NCBI GenBank assembly: GCA_047495785.1
Contig: JBLDXI010000017.1
Coordinates: forward strand, 372,001 to 436,000
Length of the DNA stretch: 64,000 nt
Direction: 5' to 3'
Source of the DNA: Lepidodermella squamata
Taxonomy: Eukaryota; Animalia; Gastrotricha
Below are positions 25,957 to 39,111 of the stretch, in pieces; positions within the stretch are counted from its first letter, which is position 1, and every line of letters starts with the position of its first letter. Both the position numbers and the translations under genes were made by a program. The notes below the pieces were generated by a model, which was given only the letters and a program-made list of their open reading frames with translations, did no database searches and was not told where the DNA came from.

Positions 25957-27318
25957 CTAGCCGGAGAAGAACGCGCGGTTAACATAGCGAGTTGACGTGG
26001 GTGGCTGTCGACCTTGCGCCAGGGCACTTCGAATTGCCCATCGCAAAGCTTGCCGCTTTTTCTCAGTCGGAACCACGTACTATAAGAAAAATTGAAAAAT
26101 CACAGAAAAATTAAGATTTACTAAAATTACATTATTAGGTCTCGAAACGGGTCTTTGAGCAGCTACACTCGACGAGGCTAGCGTTCGCCGACCCCCGATG
26201 AAAACAGTATCATCCCTAGCCAACATCTGGCCTCGAATTTGCCATCGCAGTTCTTTGTGTTGTTTTTCGCCCGGCGCTTTCTGACTACGCCAAGCTTTGG
26301 CATATTCCGCATACCGCGTAACAGGGTCTTGGGCAGTGACTCGTTTACCTCCCTTCGTGCTCGATTGAATCGGGCGGGCAATTACAGAGGGTAGGAAAGT
26401 CGATGCCCCGGAAACTGAACCCACAGTAGAGCCATTAACCGATCTAACTTTAACGTTCGATGCCTGTTAAAACGAAAAATCAATAGAAAAATCAAAATGG
26501 CGGGTTAATTAACTAACCTGTCGATTATCGCGATCTGAAAGCCGTAGTGGGCTGTGGTCCTGAGTCGATTTTCGAGTATTTCCATTCATATTAATCCCAC
26601 GCGTATCAAACTTTTTGCGCATTATTGGCGAATCAATTGACCCGCTCTGCTCAGAGGCCAACGTCAATCGTGAAATTTTATCCTCAAGACTAGCTTGATT
26701 GGCCGCCCGGTTGTTATAACCGTAACTGAGCGGTGGAAGACCTTCATAATCGTCAGATTCGTCGTTACCCTGCGAGTCGAGAACAAGCGGCAATTTGTTA
26801 GATTTCGGCTTAGACATTTGAGGCAGCGTCCGGCCGTACATCAGCTCGTCGACATAGGACGATCCATCATCACTTTTCCGCATAACTTTACGTTTTGTAG
26901 TAGAAGTCGTCGAGACGTTTGTTGCATTCAAATTTTTCGCCTTGTCGGCCCGGGCGGAATTCGGTGCGGATTTCGACGCGATTGGCGCCAATTTCGGCGC
27001 ATCTTTAATCAAACTTTTCGGAAAGCTCTTGCCAGAAGCGCCAGTTTCACTTTCTTTCCCGAATAAACAGTCCGAGGTCTGAGATTTTGTATAATACTTC
27101 GAAAAATCAATATCGTCCCGTATCGGCAGAGGGAGATCGTAAAATTTATCCGACTCCGTTTCATCGGCGTATTCAAAATCGTCGAAATTTCCATCTGCGT
27201 ACAATGCGGCCAAATCTCGCTCAAAACGCTCGACGTCTTCGTCTGACGTAAGCGGATAACCACATCGCTTCAACTCAGCCGCAATTTCGTCTCGCGTGAA
27301 GTTGAAATTACGCGACAT
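25957..27318 (-). CDS. HYLS1: Hydrolethalus syndrome 1 centriolar/ciliogenesis protein, 3 exons
   Basis: N-terminal FTRDEI...LKRCGY, HYLS box DPVTRYAEYAKAWRSQKAPGEKQHKELRWQIR, and last exon PNN|YVVPTEKKRQALRWAIR. Confidence 0.88.
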
Positions 27319-27381
27319 TTTAAATAATCTAAAAAACATTAAGGTGGAATATTTCAGAGGTTGAATGTGCCTCGATTTCGT

Positions 27382-28353
27382 TTAATAAAATTTATGGAGA
27401 GGCTCGAATCGCTCGTTTTCACCCGGCGCGACCGGCGTCGACTTCTCCTCGTGCACTTTGACCTTGTGCATCTGAAAGAGGAGGGCTTGTTCGAGCTTTT
27501 CAAGGGCGCCCAGCGTTAGTACGACAGTTTCGTGTTTGAGCAAGCTGTACACGTTAAGGCCGGAAACGGGCATTAAATTGTATTGAGGAATGGCAGCGCA
27601 TGCTTGCGCAATGTTTCGCGGCATGACTTCGCAATCATCAACAAAAAGAACTGACAACCCCCAACCGCGCGATTCAATTAAAGCCTCCAAATACTGTGTA
27701 ATAGAAAGCGATATTATGCGATTTTAAACCCATTTCGTAGATACAAACCTTAGAATCACCTGATGGCATATCAAAAGATTCGACAATGTGCAGGTTATCT
27801 TGGGCATATTTGCAGGTTAAAGTCGAACGAAGAGCTAAAGCTCGGTGCGTTTGAGGTAGGGTGTAAAAAAATGACCGAGGACCACGTGGGCCAAAAGCTT
27901 TACCACCGTAAATCCAATGAGGCGATCGAACGGAGCCTTGACGAGCCCTACCAGTGCCCTTTTGAGGCCAAGGCTTCGCATTACTTCCACTCAATTCAGC
28001 TCGGTTAGGCACGAAACGGTAATCCTAATATTAAACGTACATTTTCAAATCAATTAGAATAAATAACTCACGATTTGCCGATATAGACGCTGCCAAACAA
28101 TGCAAGAGTGAATTATATCAATCCGAGGGACAATTCCAAAAATGTCGGGATGAAGATCGATAATTCCAAGCTTTTGATCTCCCAGCATATTCAGCGTTTC
28201 AAGCCATGCCTGTCGGGGTTTAACGTAAGCCGGTGGGGGAAATTGCAGCTTTCGACTAGTTATCAAAGGCAAATCTCGAATAGCAGGCGCCGTGGTAGAC
28301 AACGCAGCTCGTCCGAAGCAAGGAGAAACGATGAGACGGCGAAATGTAAACAT
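27382..28353 (-). CDS. MRPL4: Mitochondrial ribosomal protein L4 (uL4m), 3 exons
   Basis: LHPDIFG...PRIDIIH, KPWPQKGTGRARQGS, GGKAFGPRGP and GLNVYSLLKHETVVLT motifs. Confidence 0.93.
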
Positions 28354-28603
28354 TTAATAGTACTCTAGAAGTAGACAATGACATTTTTAGGTATCTCAAA
28401 AAATGGCATCTTGTTTTACTGAGCCTAGATGTCTAACCGCGTGCGCCTGTTCCAGTAATCGCCCGAATAATAATTCTCGATTTGTGAATGAAAAAGACAG
28501 GCGATTGAAAGTATAACGTAAATGATGGTAAATAATAGAAACACGCAAACAAACGTAGGTAACGGCCGTTTGGCGCACAAGAAAAAACTTCAAAACACCA
28601 AGT

Positions 28604-29569
28604 CTAGCAGAACTTCCACCTTTTACCGCAATTGTTGCACAAGACGAAGGTAGTCATCGGTTCGTCAGCTGAGCGAGTTTGAACTTGGTTATACGTACAG
28701 TCGCTCTTGCCACATTTCGTGCATTTGATATGCGTAGTCGACGTACCACCGCTGAAAGCCATTTGAGCATCATCAATCGATTCTTTTGTAAACTTTTGAC
28801 GGAGCTTTTTCATCTCATCGCTAGCCATCTCCTCAGGCGTCATTTTGGCGAGTTGCTCAGGCGTTATTGCACCTTCAAGATACGCCTGACGAAGTTGCCG
28901 ATTCTTCTTATCCCTTAAATTCATTACACGTGACCGAATGCGATTCTTGTAACGATCGTCAGTTTTTCGCATTTCAGTAAAAATAGCAGCCTCCAAGTCA
29001 GTTGCAAGCGATACTAGCTTTTCGTCATCAACGGTATGAAGAAGTTCGTCAGATTTCTCGTCCTCGCTAGTACCAAAACGCAAAGCATCAATGATAAGAG
29101 TCTCGCATTTCTGTCGGGTAGGATCCCCGTTTGATGAGGCATTGGATGCCATGCTACTTTGCTTAGACATGGCAGGCGTTGAAGATTTTCCATTAGGACG
29201 CGAATCCGAAGATGTGGACCGCTTTTCAGTGGCTTCTTGAGATTCGTCACCATTAACGTCAGCGGCAGCTCCTTGAGCACTTTCCTCCTCGCCTTCGCCA
29301 TTGCCAGATGCGGGCAGCAATTTCTTCCAGGATTTGATCAATCCTCTCGCAAGCTGAGAGCATTCTTGATCCGAAGTCTTTTTACGCACAGCATTGATAA
29401 TCAGACCGATTCTGGTTCGTTGTAAAATATCCACCGTCATTTTATTGAAGCTTTTAAGCAATTTAATCTGCTCAACAACGGCTGCCGCATCAACTGTGTC
29501 ACCTTTAGACATCTTCTCCAATTTTTTCGCAACTTTAGCCACATCTTCCTCGCAAGTTAGGACACTCAT
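28604..29569 (-). CDS. TCEA1: Transcription elongation factor TFIIS, intronless
   Basis: TRIG N-domain, RIRSRVMNLRD central domain, and C-terminal zinc ribbon CTKC...QTRSADEPMTTFVLCNNCGKRWKFC. Confidence 0.96.
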   Translation of the reverse strand: MSVLTCEEDVAKVAKKLEKMSKGDTVDAAAVVEQIKLLKSFNKMTVDILQRTRIGLIINAVRKKTSDQECSQLARGLIKSWKKLLPASGNGEGEEESAQGAAADVNGDESQEATEKRSTSSDSRPNGKSSTPAMSKQSSMASNASSNGDPTRQKCETLIIDALRFGTSEDEKSDELLHTVDDEKLVSLATDLEAAIFTEMRKTDDRYKNRIRSRVMNLRDKKNRQLRQAYLEGAITPEQLAKMTPEEMASDEMKKLRQKFTKESIDDAQMAFSGGTSTTHIKCTKCGKSDCTYNQVQTRSADEPMTTFVLCNNCGKRWKFC

Positions 29570-30157
29570 GATAATTCACTTTCAGGCTATAATAATAAAT
29601 ATTCAAGATTCAATGGATTAATGGTATCATAGTCCATAAGAGAAACAACAAGATAGCAGAATTTACCATCCAAAAATCTCAGTAACAAACAACTTGAAGA
29701 TAGGAGGTGGCAGGTGTTTCGACTTGAAAGCAACTAACAACTAAATAATAGATATTCAGGAATGTGGGAAGCAGGAACTTACAGAAGAATTATCAGTCTG
29801 AAGAAGCTGTAAATATTCGAGCTTTCTGCCGTCGCAACGAGAATCAGCAGATCGCTGCTGCGGCTGCGTTTACCAGAGGGTCTAACGTGAGTAACCGCGC
29901 GCACTTCTCGCTCAAACCCTTGGCAAATCGCGGAGAGCGCTGCGATTTTTCAAGGGATCTGGATTTCGAGAGTTTTATTTTGTTGACATTTAATTGCTAC
30001 AAATACACTCAAATTATTAAAGAACTGCAAAACTCAACTCAGGCAATTATACGAATTTTAAATTTATGCGTTCCTGGATACGGCGGGAAGTCGATCCATG
30101 GTCCTTCAACTTCAAACTTGAACGAATTCTAAGGGTTCGATCAGGATTCTGGTGATC

Positions 30158-33100
30158 ATGTCATCGGAAGATTCTTTAGCGTCCGACTCTAGCGCTGATG
30201 AGATCGCATACATTCCAGTTAGAGTACTAGGAAGAGGAGCTTTTGGGAAAGCTGTTCTATATCGGCGACTGAATGTAAAGAATTTAGAGGAATTTATCAC
30301 CGTAACAATGTATTGCTGATTTTATGGCAGGATGGCATGCTTGTTGTCTGGAAAGAGCTCAATGTATCGCCGCTCTCTGATAAAAACAAGAAAGAAGCTT
30401 ACAATGAAATCGAGATTTTATCAGCTCTTAACAACATCAACATCATCAAGTATTTGAATCATTTCTTTGACAGCGATGTGCTGTGCATCGAACTCGAATA
30501 TGCCAATGGAGGAAGTCTTTACGAGAAGATAATAAAACATGAAACGGATGATAAACCCTTTCGGGAAATGGTTAGATGACTTACTTCTGTGGTTTCTTTC
30601 AAACTTCATGCTGTATTTACAGGAAGTTTTGTGGTATTTCTATCAACTTATGAGCGCCGTTTCGTATATCCATTCCTTGGGAATAATTCACCGGTTTGCT
30701 ATAAAATGAGACTGAATTTGCCTAGCTGACAAAGGTTCAATTTCAGAGATATTAAAACGCTGAACATCTTCTTGACCAAATCAGACATTCTCAAACTTGG
30801 CGATTTTGGCATTTCGAAAGCCTTGGAATCTCCCGACGATCTGGCTACCTCATGCGTCGGCACCCCATATTACATGAGCCCAGAGATAATTCGTGGCGAG
30901 AGGTTGGGATTGCTATAATTGAAAGTGTGGATTTTTTTATCAATATGATTTATTAGTTACGACGGCACGTCCGACGTTTGGGCTTGCGGCTGTGTTATAT
31001 TCGAATTGGCTACATTGAGACGCGCTTTCAACGCCACGGTTTGATTGTGTTATAGTTCTGCAACAATATTTAAGAGGCTTTACGATGCAGAATGCTCTCA
31101 GGCTGGCACGTGAAATTGTAACTACCGAAGTTGACCTGGCTTCGATCGATTGCGTGAATTACTCCAAGGGCCTCATTGATCTTGTAAGATCGATGCTGTG
31201 CAAAGAGCGACTCCAGAGGATCTCTTCAGCTGATGTACTTGCGAACGACGTTTTTACTCCCGTTAAAAAGTATGATAATTTTCACATCGTTAACTATCCA
31301 TTTATTACTTTACTTTCGCTTTAAGATCTTTCGAAGAAAGATTGTGCCATGCCGCCGGTAACTCGCACGATACAAAGCGCCCGTCTATGAGTCTTTCGAG
31401 CGTCTCAGATTCTGTTACCAATGAAAGCAATAATAATAGTATACCTGTCATTACAAGCACAAAAGTTACTACTGAGGTATGTGATTTTCTCGGACAGCAT
31501 CTTTCCTCAAATGAAATGTCTCGAAAATTAGTTGTACTTATGGGGCGGAGGCAAGTCGTGTCCTCTATTACTGGAACCTTTCGCCGGCGGGTCGGGACGG
31601 CCCGTTATTGAAGTTGCAGCCGGATTGCATCATTTTGCCGCTATCACAATGGAAGGCGAAGTTTACACGTGGGTAGACGGTGCCAGCTGTCAGTCAGTTG
31701 AAGGAGAGCTGGGTCACGGCGATATCACTCCCCATAGGGTACCTCGAAAAATTCAGCATCTCGAAAATATTCTCATAGCTCAGATCTCTTGCGGTGAATA
31801 CTTCACCATTTGCATAACATGTCAGTTGTGTTTTTTTATACCAAAACTGGTGAATCCCTCACGAGATAATTTCTTTGATAGATCATGGTGCAATGTACTC
31901 TTTCGGATCTAATAATGACGGCTGCCTTGGCCTCGGCGAGGAGGTGCAGTGTGCTATTGAGCCGATGCAAATGGTGCTTTTCGAAAACCCGAAATACGGC
32001 ATGATTCCAACTAACATGCAGCCAGCTTTCAAAAGCGTAGCATGTGGTGATCGTCACGCTTTAGCAATAACGACTGATGGGAGACTTTTTACCTGGGGAT
32101 GTGGCGAATTCGGACGACTAGGCCATGGTACAGAGGACGATTGTTTCATACCGCGCGAAGTTAGCTATCTACCAGGATTAGACCCGGTCGCTGTCGTAGC
32201 AGCAGGAGTCGATGCTTCAATTATTGTTCTACAAAGCGGTGCAGTCTACGCAACTGGATCGAACGAGCATAACAAAATCGGCCTGTCAACGTCATTTTCC
32301 GGCATTGAAAAGGGACAAAAAACGTCGTTTGATATTCCCTTTAAACTCAAGTTTTGCTCGGTTAAAGCATTGAAGTCTCACGTTGTAGTCGATGTATCTA
32401 TGGGCACTACCCACACGGCTTGCATCGATTCTACAGGGCTGCTGATAACATTTGGTGATAACAAGTACGGCCAATTAGGCCAGGGCGATTGCAAGCCACG
32501 TCCGACCTCGATTTGCCGAGTTTTAGGCCCATTAGTCGGACTGGAAGTCACGCACGCAGTTGCTGGCGATGGCTTTACAACGGCTGCGTTAGCTAACGGG
32601 GCGATTTTTTCATGGGGCCGGAACAATTGGGGTCAGCTGGGCCAGGGTTCATACGGGACTGGTATCGTACCAATACCTCATCCAGTTGCCGTTCCGTGGC
32701 AATGCGGACCGGGTAGGCAGCTTTCAGCTATCAGCTCAAGGGCTTGGCACACAATTGCCGTCATTCGAAATGTGCATAATCAAAAACAGATGAAACACGG
32801 CGGATTGCTTCAAACTTCGTCATCGCTAATGTCTAAGGGAAGTTCAGTGCCGTCGCCTCAAGACGCCCCTAAAATTGACTCGGATTCATCCTCATTCCGT
32901 TTCAACAGCGAAATAGATTTTCCTGATACTCCGCCTGTACCGCCAATTATAGTTAAACAACCTGCGGTATCAAGTAATAACAGTTCAGCTGTTTTTGCTG
33001 GGGATGAGAGTGCTATACCAGACTGGCTGCAAAAAGAGTTGGATGATGCGAAAAATCAAAGTTTGATGGCCGTGGCTCCTCCAGCAATTGAAGAGCCTGT

Positions 33101-33314
33101 TTCTGAGTTCATTTCTGATAAACAGCGAATTTCCGAGCTTGAACTTGAAAATCAAAAGGTTTGCTCAATTTTTGAAGAGAAAGCAAGTTTGAGCTGTGAT
33201 TATTTTCATTTTCAGTTGCGGGAACTAATCAGCGAGCAGGAATCTGTGATATCAGAGCTGAGAAGCACCTTGTCAAGCAGATCGGCCAAAACCAACAATT
33301 CAGAACAAAATTGA
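30158..33314 (+). CDS. NEK9: NIMA-related kinase with RCC1 repeats and coiled coil, ~10 exons
   Basis: [13 protein letters not shown]...VVWKE (NEK9-type), [22 protein letters not shown]; RCC1 repeats [12 protein letters not shown] and [10 protein letters not shown]; IPDWLQKEL motif before a coiled coil. Confidence 0.88.
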
Positions 33315-33805
33315 CTAGTCAACATGAACTTTATTTTTGTTTCTTTCTTTCGTCACGATTAAACGAACGATTGTTATGCGATCAAGGCACCAGAGATAGA
33401 CGAGCGTGTCACAAGCTTATTCTTTATCATGAAAATGCGATAAATTAGTTCGACGTTGCAAATTTGAAAAATATCATCCCACGAAACAGTGCTTCGAGTC
33501 ACGCTCGTTTCAGCAAGTTAATAACGGCAGCAGTATAGAAAATTGCACATTCGCAACCCTCCGTCAAGTACAATAGCCACAGAAAACCAGAAAAAGGTTA
33601 CTTCACAACTTTTTTTAGTAGTAAACACCGCCATGTACCGAAATAAAAATTAGCCGCAAAAAATAGCATAACATACTAGTCCGTATTTACAAGTTTTCAC
33701 ATTTATGAAGAAACTAGTTTCTCTTTAACCAGAAATTTTGAAACAACACATTTTTTTATGCGAAGATTATCTCAGACGCGAGCAATTGATTTCACTTTTT
33801 TGAGG

Positions 33806-36632
33806 TCAGGCGACCAAAACCGAGGAGACATCAGCGCCATCCGCGCGTTTTTCAACGCCGTCGTGGTGCAGCAGCGGGTACGAGGATAAAAGTTTGTCCG
33901 GAGCAGAGGATGAGTCATCATGGTCAGAACCGCCACCGTTTTCTGAGTGATTACTAAGGATCGACTGATCGGTAGGAGCTCGCGCTTCACGATCAGACCA
34001 TGCGGACTTCGGCCTGTCTGAGGAAGGGAAAGTTAGCGGGTAAGGGTGAGAATCAACAAAAAAATAACCAACTGGCACAAAGCAATCATGAGAAAAGGCC
34101 AAAAAATGAAAAAAATAAATTCAAAATTGAGGGATTTTCAACAAAATTTCAGCTTTTTCTCACGATTTTTAACCAAAAACCAATAGCCTAATCGTAGTAA
34201 TCGTCTATTTGGACAAACCTTTGAAGCCAAGCTTTGAACGAGGTAACAATAAAGCCGCCGATGAGAATTTGAACCGGCTCTTGGACTAGAAGTGGAATGG
34301 CTAGCAGCGACTGCCGTTCAATGTCCGGGAAAATGATTTTGATTATCGGAATGCCAAGAGTTAGTGATTTCTGCGTTGAACTGAACGTAACAGCTACAAC
34401 ATCGCTTGGTGTGAACGAAAACGGCCGGCTTTGGCTCAACGTGAAAGATAGGTACAACAAGCCGGTGTGGAGGATGCAAACGAGGAGAATCATTAAAACC
34501 ACATGAGACGTATCCAAAGTGTAGTTGCCGGAGTAAAATGTGTCGCTAAATGTTGTAAAAATGATGAGAAGCAGCGAGACACTGTTCACCATGTTGAGGT
34601 GGGGCAGCACAAACGAAAGACGTTCAACAGTCAAAATTCGAACAATCTTCATTGAGAAAAGTTATTTCAATAAAATTTAAGAAATTTCAGTTTTTCCGTA
34701 CCTGACCAACGACTACCGGTAAAACAACAGTCACCGCAAGTTTACTGACGATAGCACCGAGAGACATCTCAACAGAAGATCCGAGAAGGTTGAGAATCAT
34801 GAGAGGCGTGACAACTACGCCTAGAGCACTGCCAAAAGCAGAATTAAACACGGCGGCTGCCTCGTTACCACCAGCGGCTTTAGTCTAAACAATTAAAATG
34901 GTATTAAAAAATGGCGAGTTAAAAAATAGTAATAAAAAATCTCAAAATTTGCAGGAAAATCGGAAATCATAATATTTTTCTTAATTTCGGACCTTTTCGA
35001 GGGAAAGCTGACTCAAAAACCTCAAAAAATGTTTCTTTTATAATTTATCCAGCTTAAAAATGATCAATTTTTTCAAAAATGTAAAATAATTTTTCAAATT
35101 TAATTTTTTTTTAATACAGGGTGTTCAAGAAATAATAGTCAGGCTATTTTTAGCGTTGGACTTTAGCCAGACGACACGCGACTTTTCTAACACTTAAGAA
35201 GTGAGTCGTAACGGCGTGTTTTTTTGTAAAAGCGGGAACTTTTGTTTTGACCTTGATTTTTTATCAAAACCAAACATTGAAAAAAGACGGAAATGGCATC
35301 ATCAAAAATCACATTTAAATTGGTTTCGTGAATCGTAACCGAAAGGTATTCAATTTCGTTGATTACAATAGCCAAGTTGATGAAAAATGATAGGTGAAAT
35401 ATGGACCAACAGTCTCCGGCTGGGAATTTTAAGATTAATCAACCATTTTGTGTTATTTTTGCTTCTGGTTAATTATTCAAAGTAACGCGTCACACTGTAG
35501 TTGCTGTACTTACTCAACTTACTGTACTTACTAAAGTTGGGTTTTTGGACCTTTTTGCTTTATATATGGGCGGAGAAGTAACAGCTTGCTATCGGCGGGA
35601 AAAAATTAATCGCCGTAAATAACTTTTAGGAACGAACGCGATGGGAATTGTTTTCCTGAATCACATTTTATGCTGATTTTCAATAACCGCTTTCGAAGTA
35701 ACTCGGCGACGCAAAAATTGAGCCATTTTCGCAAGTCTGTGCGATAATGTTTTACTCTAACACTGGTTTTCATGGTGACAGTCATCGGGAGGTGAACGGG
35801 AGGTGAATGTCATCGGGAGGTGAACGGGAGGTGAATGTCATCGGGAGAAATAAACAAGGTATTGAGCTGAGAGCTGAGTAAAATAGCAAAGCACCAAATG
35901 AAGTTGGATTTGTATGAATTTTTTCGTTATGAATTTCATCATATTAAAAAGTATTCAAATACCGCATTGATAGATATTTTTTCATTTTTTCTATTTTCCG
36001 TCTATTTCGACACGCGATACTGAAAACTTAAATCGGTGGGTTTTGAGTTGGGCTAGATGGTTCAGGGTCCAACTTGCTCGCGTGTCGTCTGGCTAAAGTC
36101 CAACGCTAAAAATAGCCTGGCTATTATTTCTTGAACACCCTGTATCTAATCCATTGTTTTTCGATAAAACTTGATAAATAGGAATTTTCCTTACCAATAT
36201 CACAGCAGTGCCGACTGGCGTAGGCATGCAGCCGAGTACCAGCAAACCATCGAGCAGTTCCTCGCTGAGAAATCCGATGAGTTTGAAAACATAAACAAGA
36301 CTGGCCATGAAAATCGGAATGAACAGCAGCGAAAAGCCTTGCACGTACAGGTGCAACTTGGCGTAGAGCAGCGCCTCGAGCAAATCTTTTGATTTCAACG
36401 ATAGACCGCTGTTGAAGAAAATCAAACTGACGGCTATGTATTTCACGGTGATTTCAGGGCGCAGAATGCCGCCAGTTCGGCCGATACTTGGGTTGATATC
36501 AGCTAGGATAATCACGCTAATAATTGATAGCAGGAACCAATATTTTCTCAAATTTAGCATCAGCCATGCTGGAAAACCAGCGAAGAACGAGGCAGTTTCT
36601 GAGTCAGAAAATCGCATCCATCGTTGAGCCAT
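33806..36632 (-). CDS. SLC10A7: Sodium/bile acid cotransporter family member 7, 4 exons
   Basis: KYWFL...GGILRPEITVKYIAVSLIFFNSGLSLK, PTPVGTAVIL|TKAAGGNEAAAVFNSAFGS, STQKSLTLGIP. The last exon (~34016-33806) is inferred from phase-compatible splice sites. Confidence 0.9.
35117..36142. mobile_element. Non-autonomous Tc1/mariner-type element (MITE), 1026 bp, in SLC10A7 intron 1
   Basis: 65-bp TIRs starting CAGGGTGTTCAAGAAATAATAG (35117-35181 and 36078-36142, one mismatch), flanked by TA on both sides. No transposase ORF inside. Confidence 0.93.
35781..35846. repeat. 28-bp tandem repeat (~2.4 copies) inside the MITE
   Basis: GTCATCGGGAGGTGAACGGGAGGTGAAT repeated directly. Confidence 0.85.
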
Positions 36633-37306
36633 CTTTAAAATAACTAAAAATATAGGAGAAATGATGTAAAAACTATTTTTTAATTCATTTTTTTCGTCAT
36701 ATCATCTCATAAATATCTAGGCTTCAAGCAAAGCATGCAGATGACTAAAGACACTACCAAAGCGCGCCATTGTAACCACCAAAACGATTAGATTGCATTG
36801 TTATCTCTCGCTTGATTTTCATTTAATAGTATTATTACAATATATAGGAGTGCTTCAGTAATGATCGAATAAACAAAAGAAGCACTTTTACTGGTAGCCT
36901 AGGAGATTTTTGCTTACAGGCAGTTTTTCGGTTTGTAAGAGGCACGCACAAACGCACAATTTGAGCGTAACATTAACGCGAAGGTTGCTTTTAACGCACA
37001 TAGACAAGTCATATATCATGAAAGCGCCACATCCGGGTTGGTTTTATTTACAGTAACGATTCATAGCAAATACACGGGTATGTGGCGACCAGATTTTGTT
37101 TTATTGTTAGCAACAACTGTCACAGCAAGGCAGTACTTTTTTAGAGTAGGGTGAACGTGTGAGAAATTTGATTAAAATGTGCGAAAAGGTGCATGTTTTT
37201 TTCAACTCTAAATACCCGGAAATCGGACTGAGGGCCAGAAAGAGATAGACAGGGAGGCGGCGCGAAAATACGGCAAGCTTTGTGTTGTTTTTGCTGCTCA
37301 TTTCTT

Positions 37307-38209
37307 CTATTTAGGGAAATAAACCGGTAGCCATTTATGGTACGAAATAAGGTCAGTTTGCAGGAAAACACAGAAAATTATTCGATCGAGCGCCGAGGCG
37401 TTGTTTTCTTCGAGCCATTTCCGCACGGTCGCCAACGCAACGTGACACGCTTTATCGTTAGGATAGCCTGTAAGTGGGTGAATAATAATACGATAAAAAA
37501 CAAGGCAATTAAGGCGGCGATTTATACTCACCATAGGCACCAGTTGAAATGCAAGGAAATGCAACGCTTCGAATTCCCTGTTGAGCAGCGAGGGCTAGTG
37601 AGTTCTTGTAGCAAGCTGCTAACTGATCTGGAAACTCGCCAATAGGACCGACCGTGTGAATAACGTCTGAATAAAAGAAAATCATGGAATTATTTTATCA
37701 TAATCTAGAAATTTGACTTACATTTGGCAGGGAGACGATAACCACCCGTGAGCTTGGCCACGCCCGTTTCGCAGCCATTCAGCGCTTGGCATTCGGTCCG
37801 CAGCGAAGGACCCGCCGCTTTGTGAATAGCACCATCAACGCCGCCACCCCCAAGTAACGACTTGTTTGCTGCATTTACAATTGCATCAATCTCGAGAGCG
37901 GTAATATCGCCCCGCCACAGCGAAATTTTAGCATTGAGCGACGGTTCGGGTAAAATTTCGCCGTGAGAGGCATTGCCATTTTCCCCGTTTTTGGCCGCTG
38001 GTGCGACGATATCTACGTCACGCCATGAGGGAATTGAATCGAGGGTAACAAATGAGTTTCCGCATTTATAGAGTGTCCGCTTTTCGGCAGGGGACATTTT
38101 CAAGAACTTCTCTGAAAATACAAGAAGTCAAAATAAAACTAAATATAACAAATTAGATCCAACCTCTTTCGAAATTTGCATACGATTCGCGAGTAAGAGG
38201 TTTGGCCAT
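37307..38209 (-). CDS. MACROD1/2: Macrodomain ADP-ribose glycohydrolase (MACROD1/2-like), copy B, 4 exons
   Basis: [55 protein letters not shown]|[11 protein letters not shown]. Confidence 0.9.
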
Positions 38210-38345
38210 GATTTTGCCTTGCTGAAGTAATGATTTCGTAAAATTGAAAACGTGCAGTTGTAATTTCGCAGGTATTTTGATCATCCAATCATTTCAAGCT
38301 AATTCACTAAATAAAATAAAATTAAGATTACGAAACAAAATTCGA

Positions 38346-39111
38346 CTATTTAGGAAAATAAAATGGAAAATATTCACGATAAGCATTTAAACTTTCGTCA
38401 CTGAATAAGCAAAAAACAATGCGATCAATCTGCGAATAGAAATTTTCATCTAATTTGATGCATTGCGTATGCAATTTATACCGAGTTCAAGTTTTCCAAT
38501 AGCCATTTTCGCGTCGTGGCTAAAGCAATTTGGCATGCTGCCTCGTGGGGATAGCCTAATAGATAAGCAAAAATGTTTGCGAAATCGATCTATCTGTGTT
38601 TTTTCTGAGTACCATATATCCCAGTAGAAATAGCCGGAAAGGCCAATGATCGAATTCTGTTTGCTTTCGCGAGATTCAATGAACTCACATAGCAAGACGT
38701 TAACAAGTCAGCTTTGTCCTCCTTCGGTCCCACAGTGTGAATCACATCTGTAAAAAGCCCACATTTCAGCAGACTTGATACGTTTAGTACGCTATCTCAA
38801 TCACATTTCGCATGAAGAGCATAGCCTTTAGTCAATCTAGCTTGGCCAGTCGGACATCCGCCAATTTTCCTACATTTAGCCAATAATTTTGGACCAGCAG
38901 CGGCATGAATCGCACCATCCACGCCGCCGCCTCCGAGTAACGAACTATTCGCTGCATTTACTAAAGCGTCCACCTTAAGATCAGTGATTGACCCCTGCCA
39001 TAGAGATACTTTTGAATTCAGATCGCGATTTGGAGCGAAATCGCTTTTCGCCGGGAGATCCTCGAGCGATAATTCTCGCCAACTTGGAATATCCTTTAAG
39101 CGGACTTTCAT
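38346..39111 (-). CDS. MACROD1/2: Macrodomain ADP-ribose glycohydrolase (MACROD1/2-like), copy A, 4 exons
   Basis: [56 protein letters not shown]|[12 protein letters not shown]...YFPK*. Confidence 0.88.

Noticed and set aside
28604-29569. Intronless TFIIS (and eEF1A) as processed pseudogenes
   Set aside because: The ORFs and key motifs are intact, with no poly(A) remnant or TSD seen; intron loss is plausible in a compact genome.
37307-39111. A single fused double-macrodomain protein
   Set aside because: Copy A has its own stop at 38346-38348 and copy B its own ATG at 38209.
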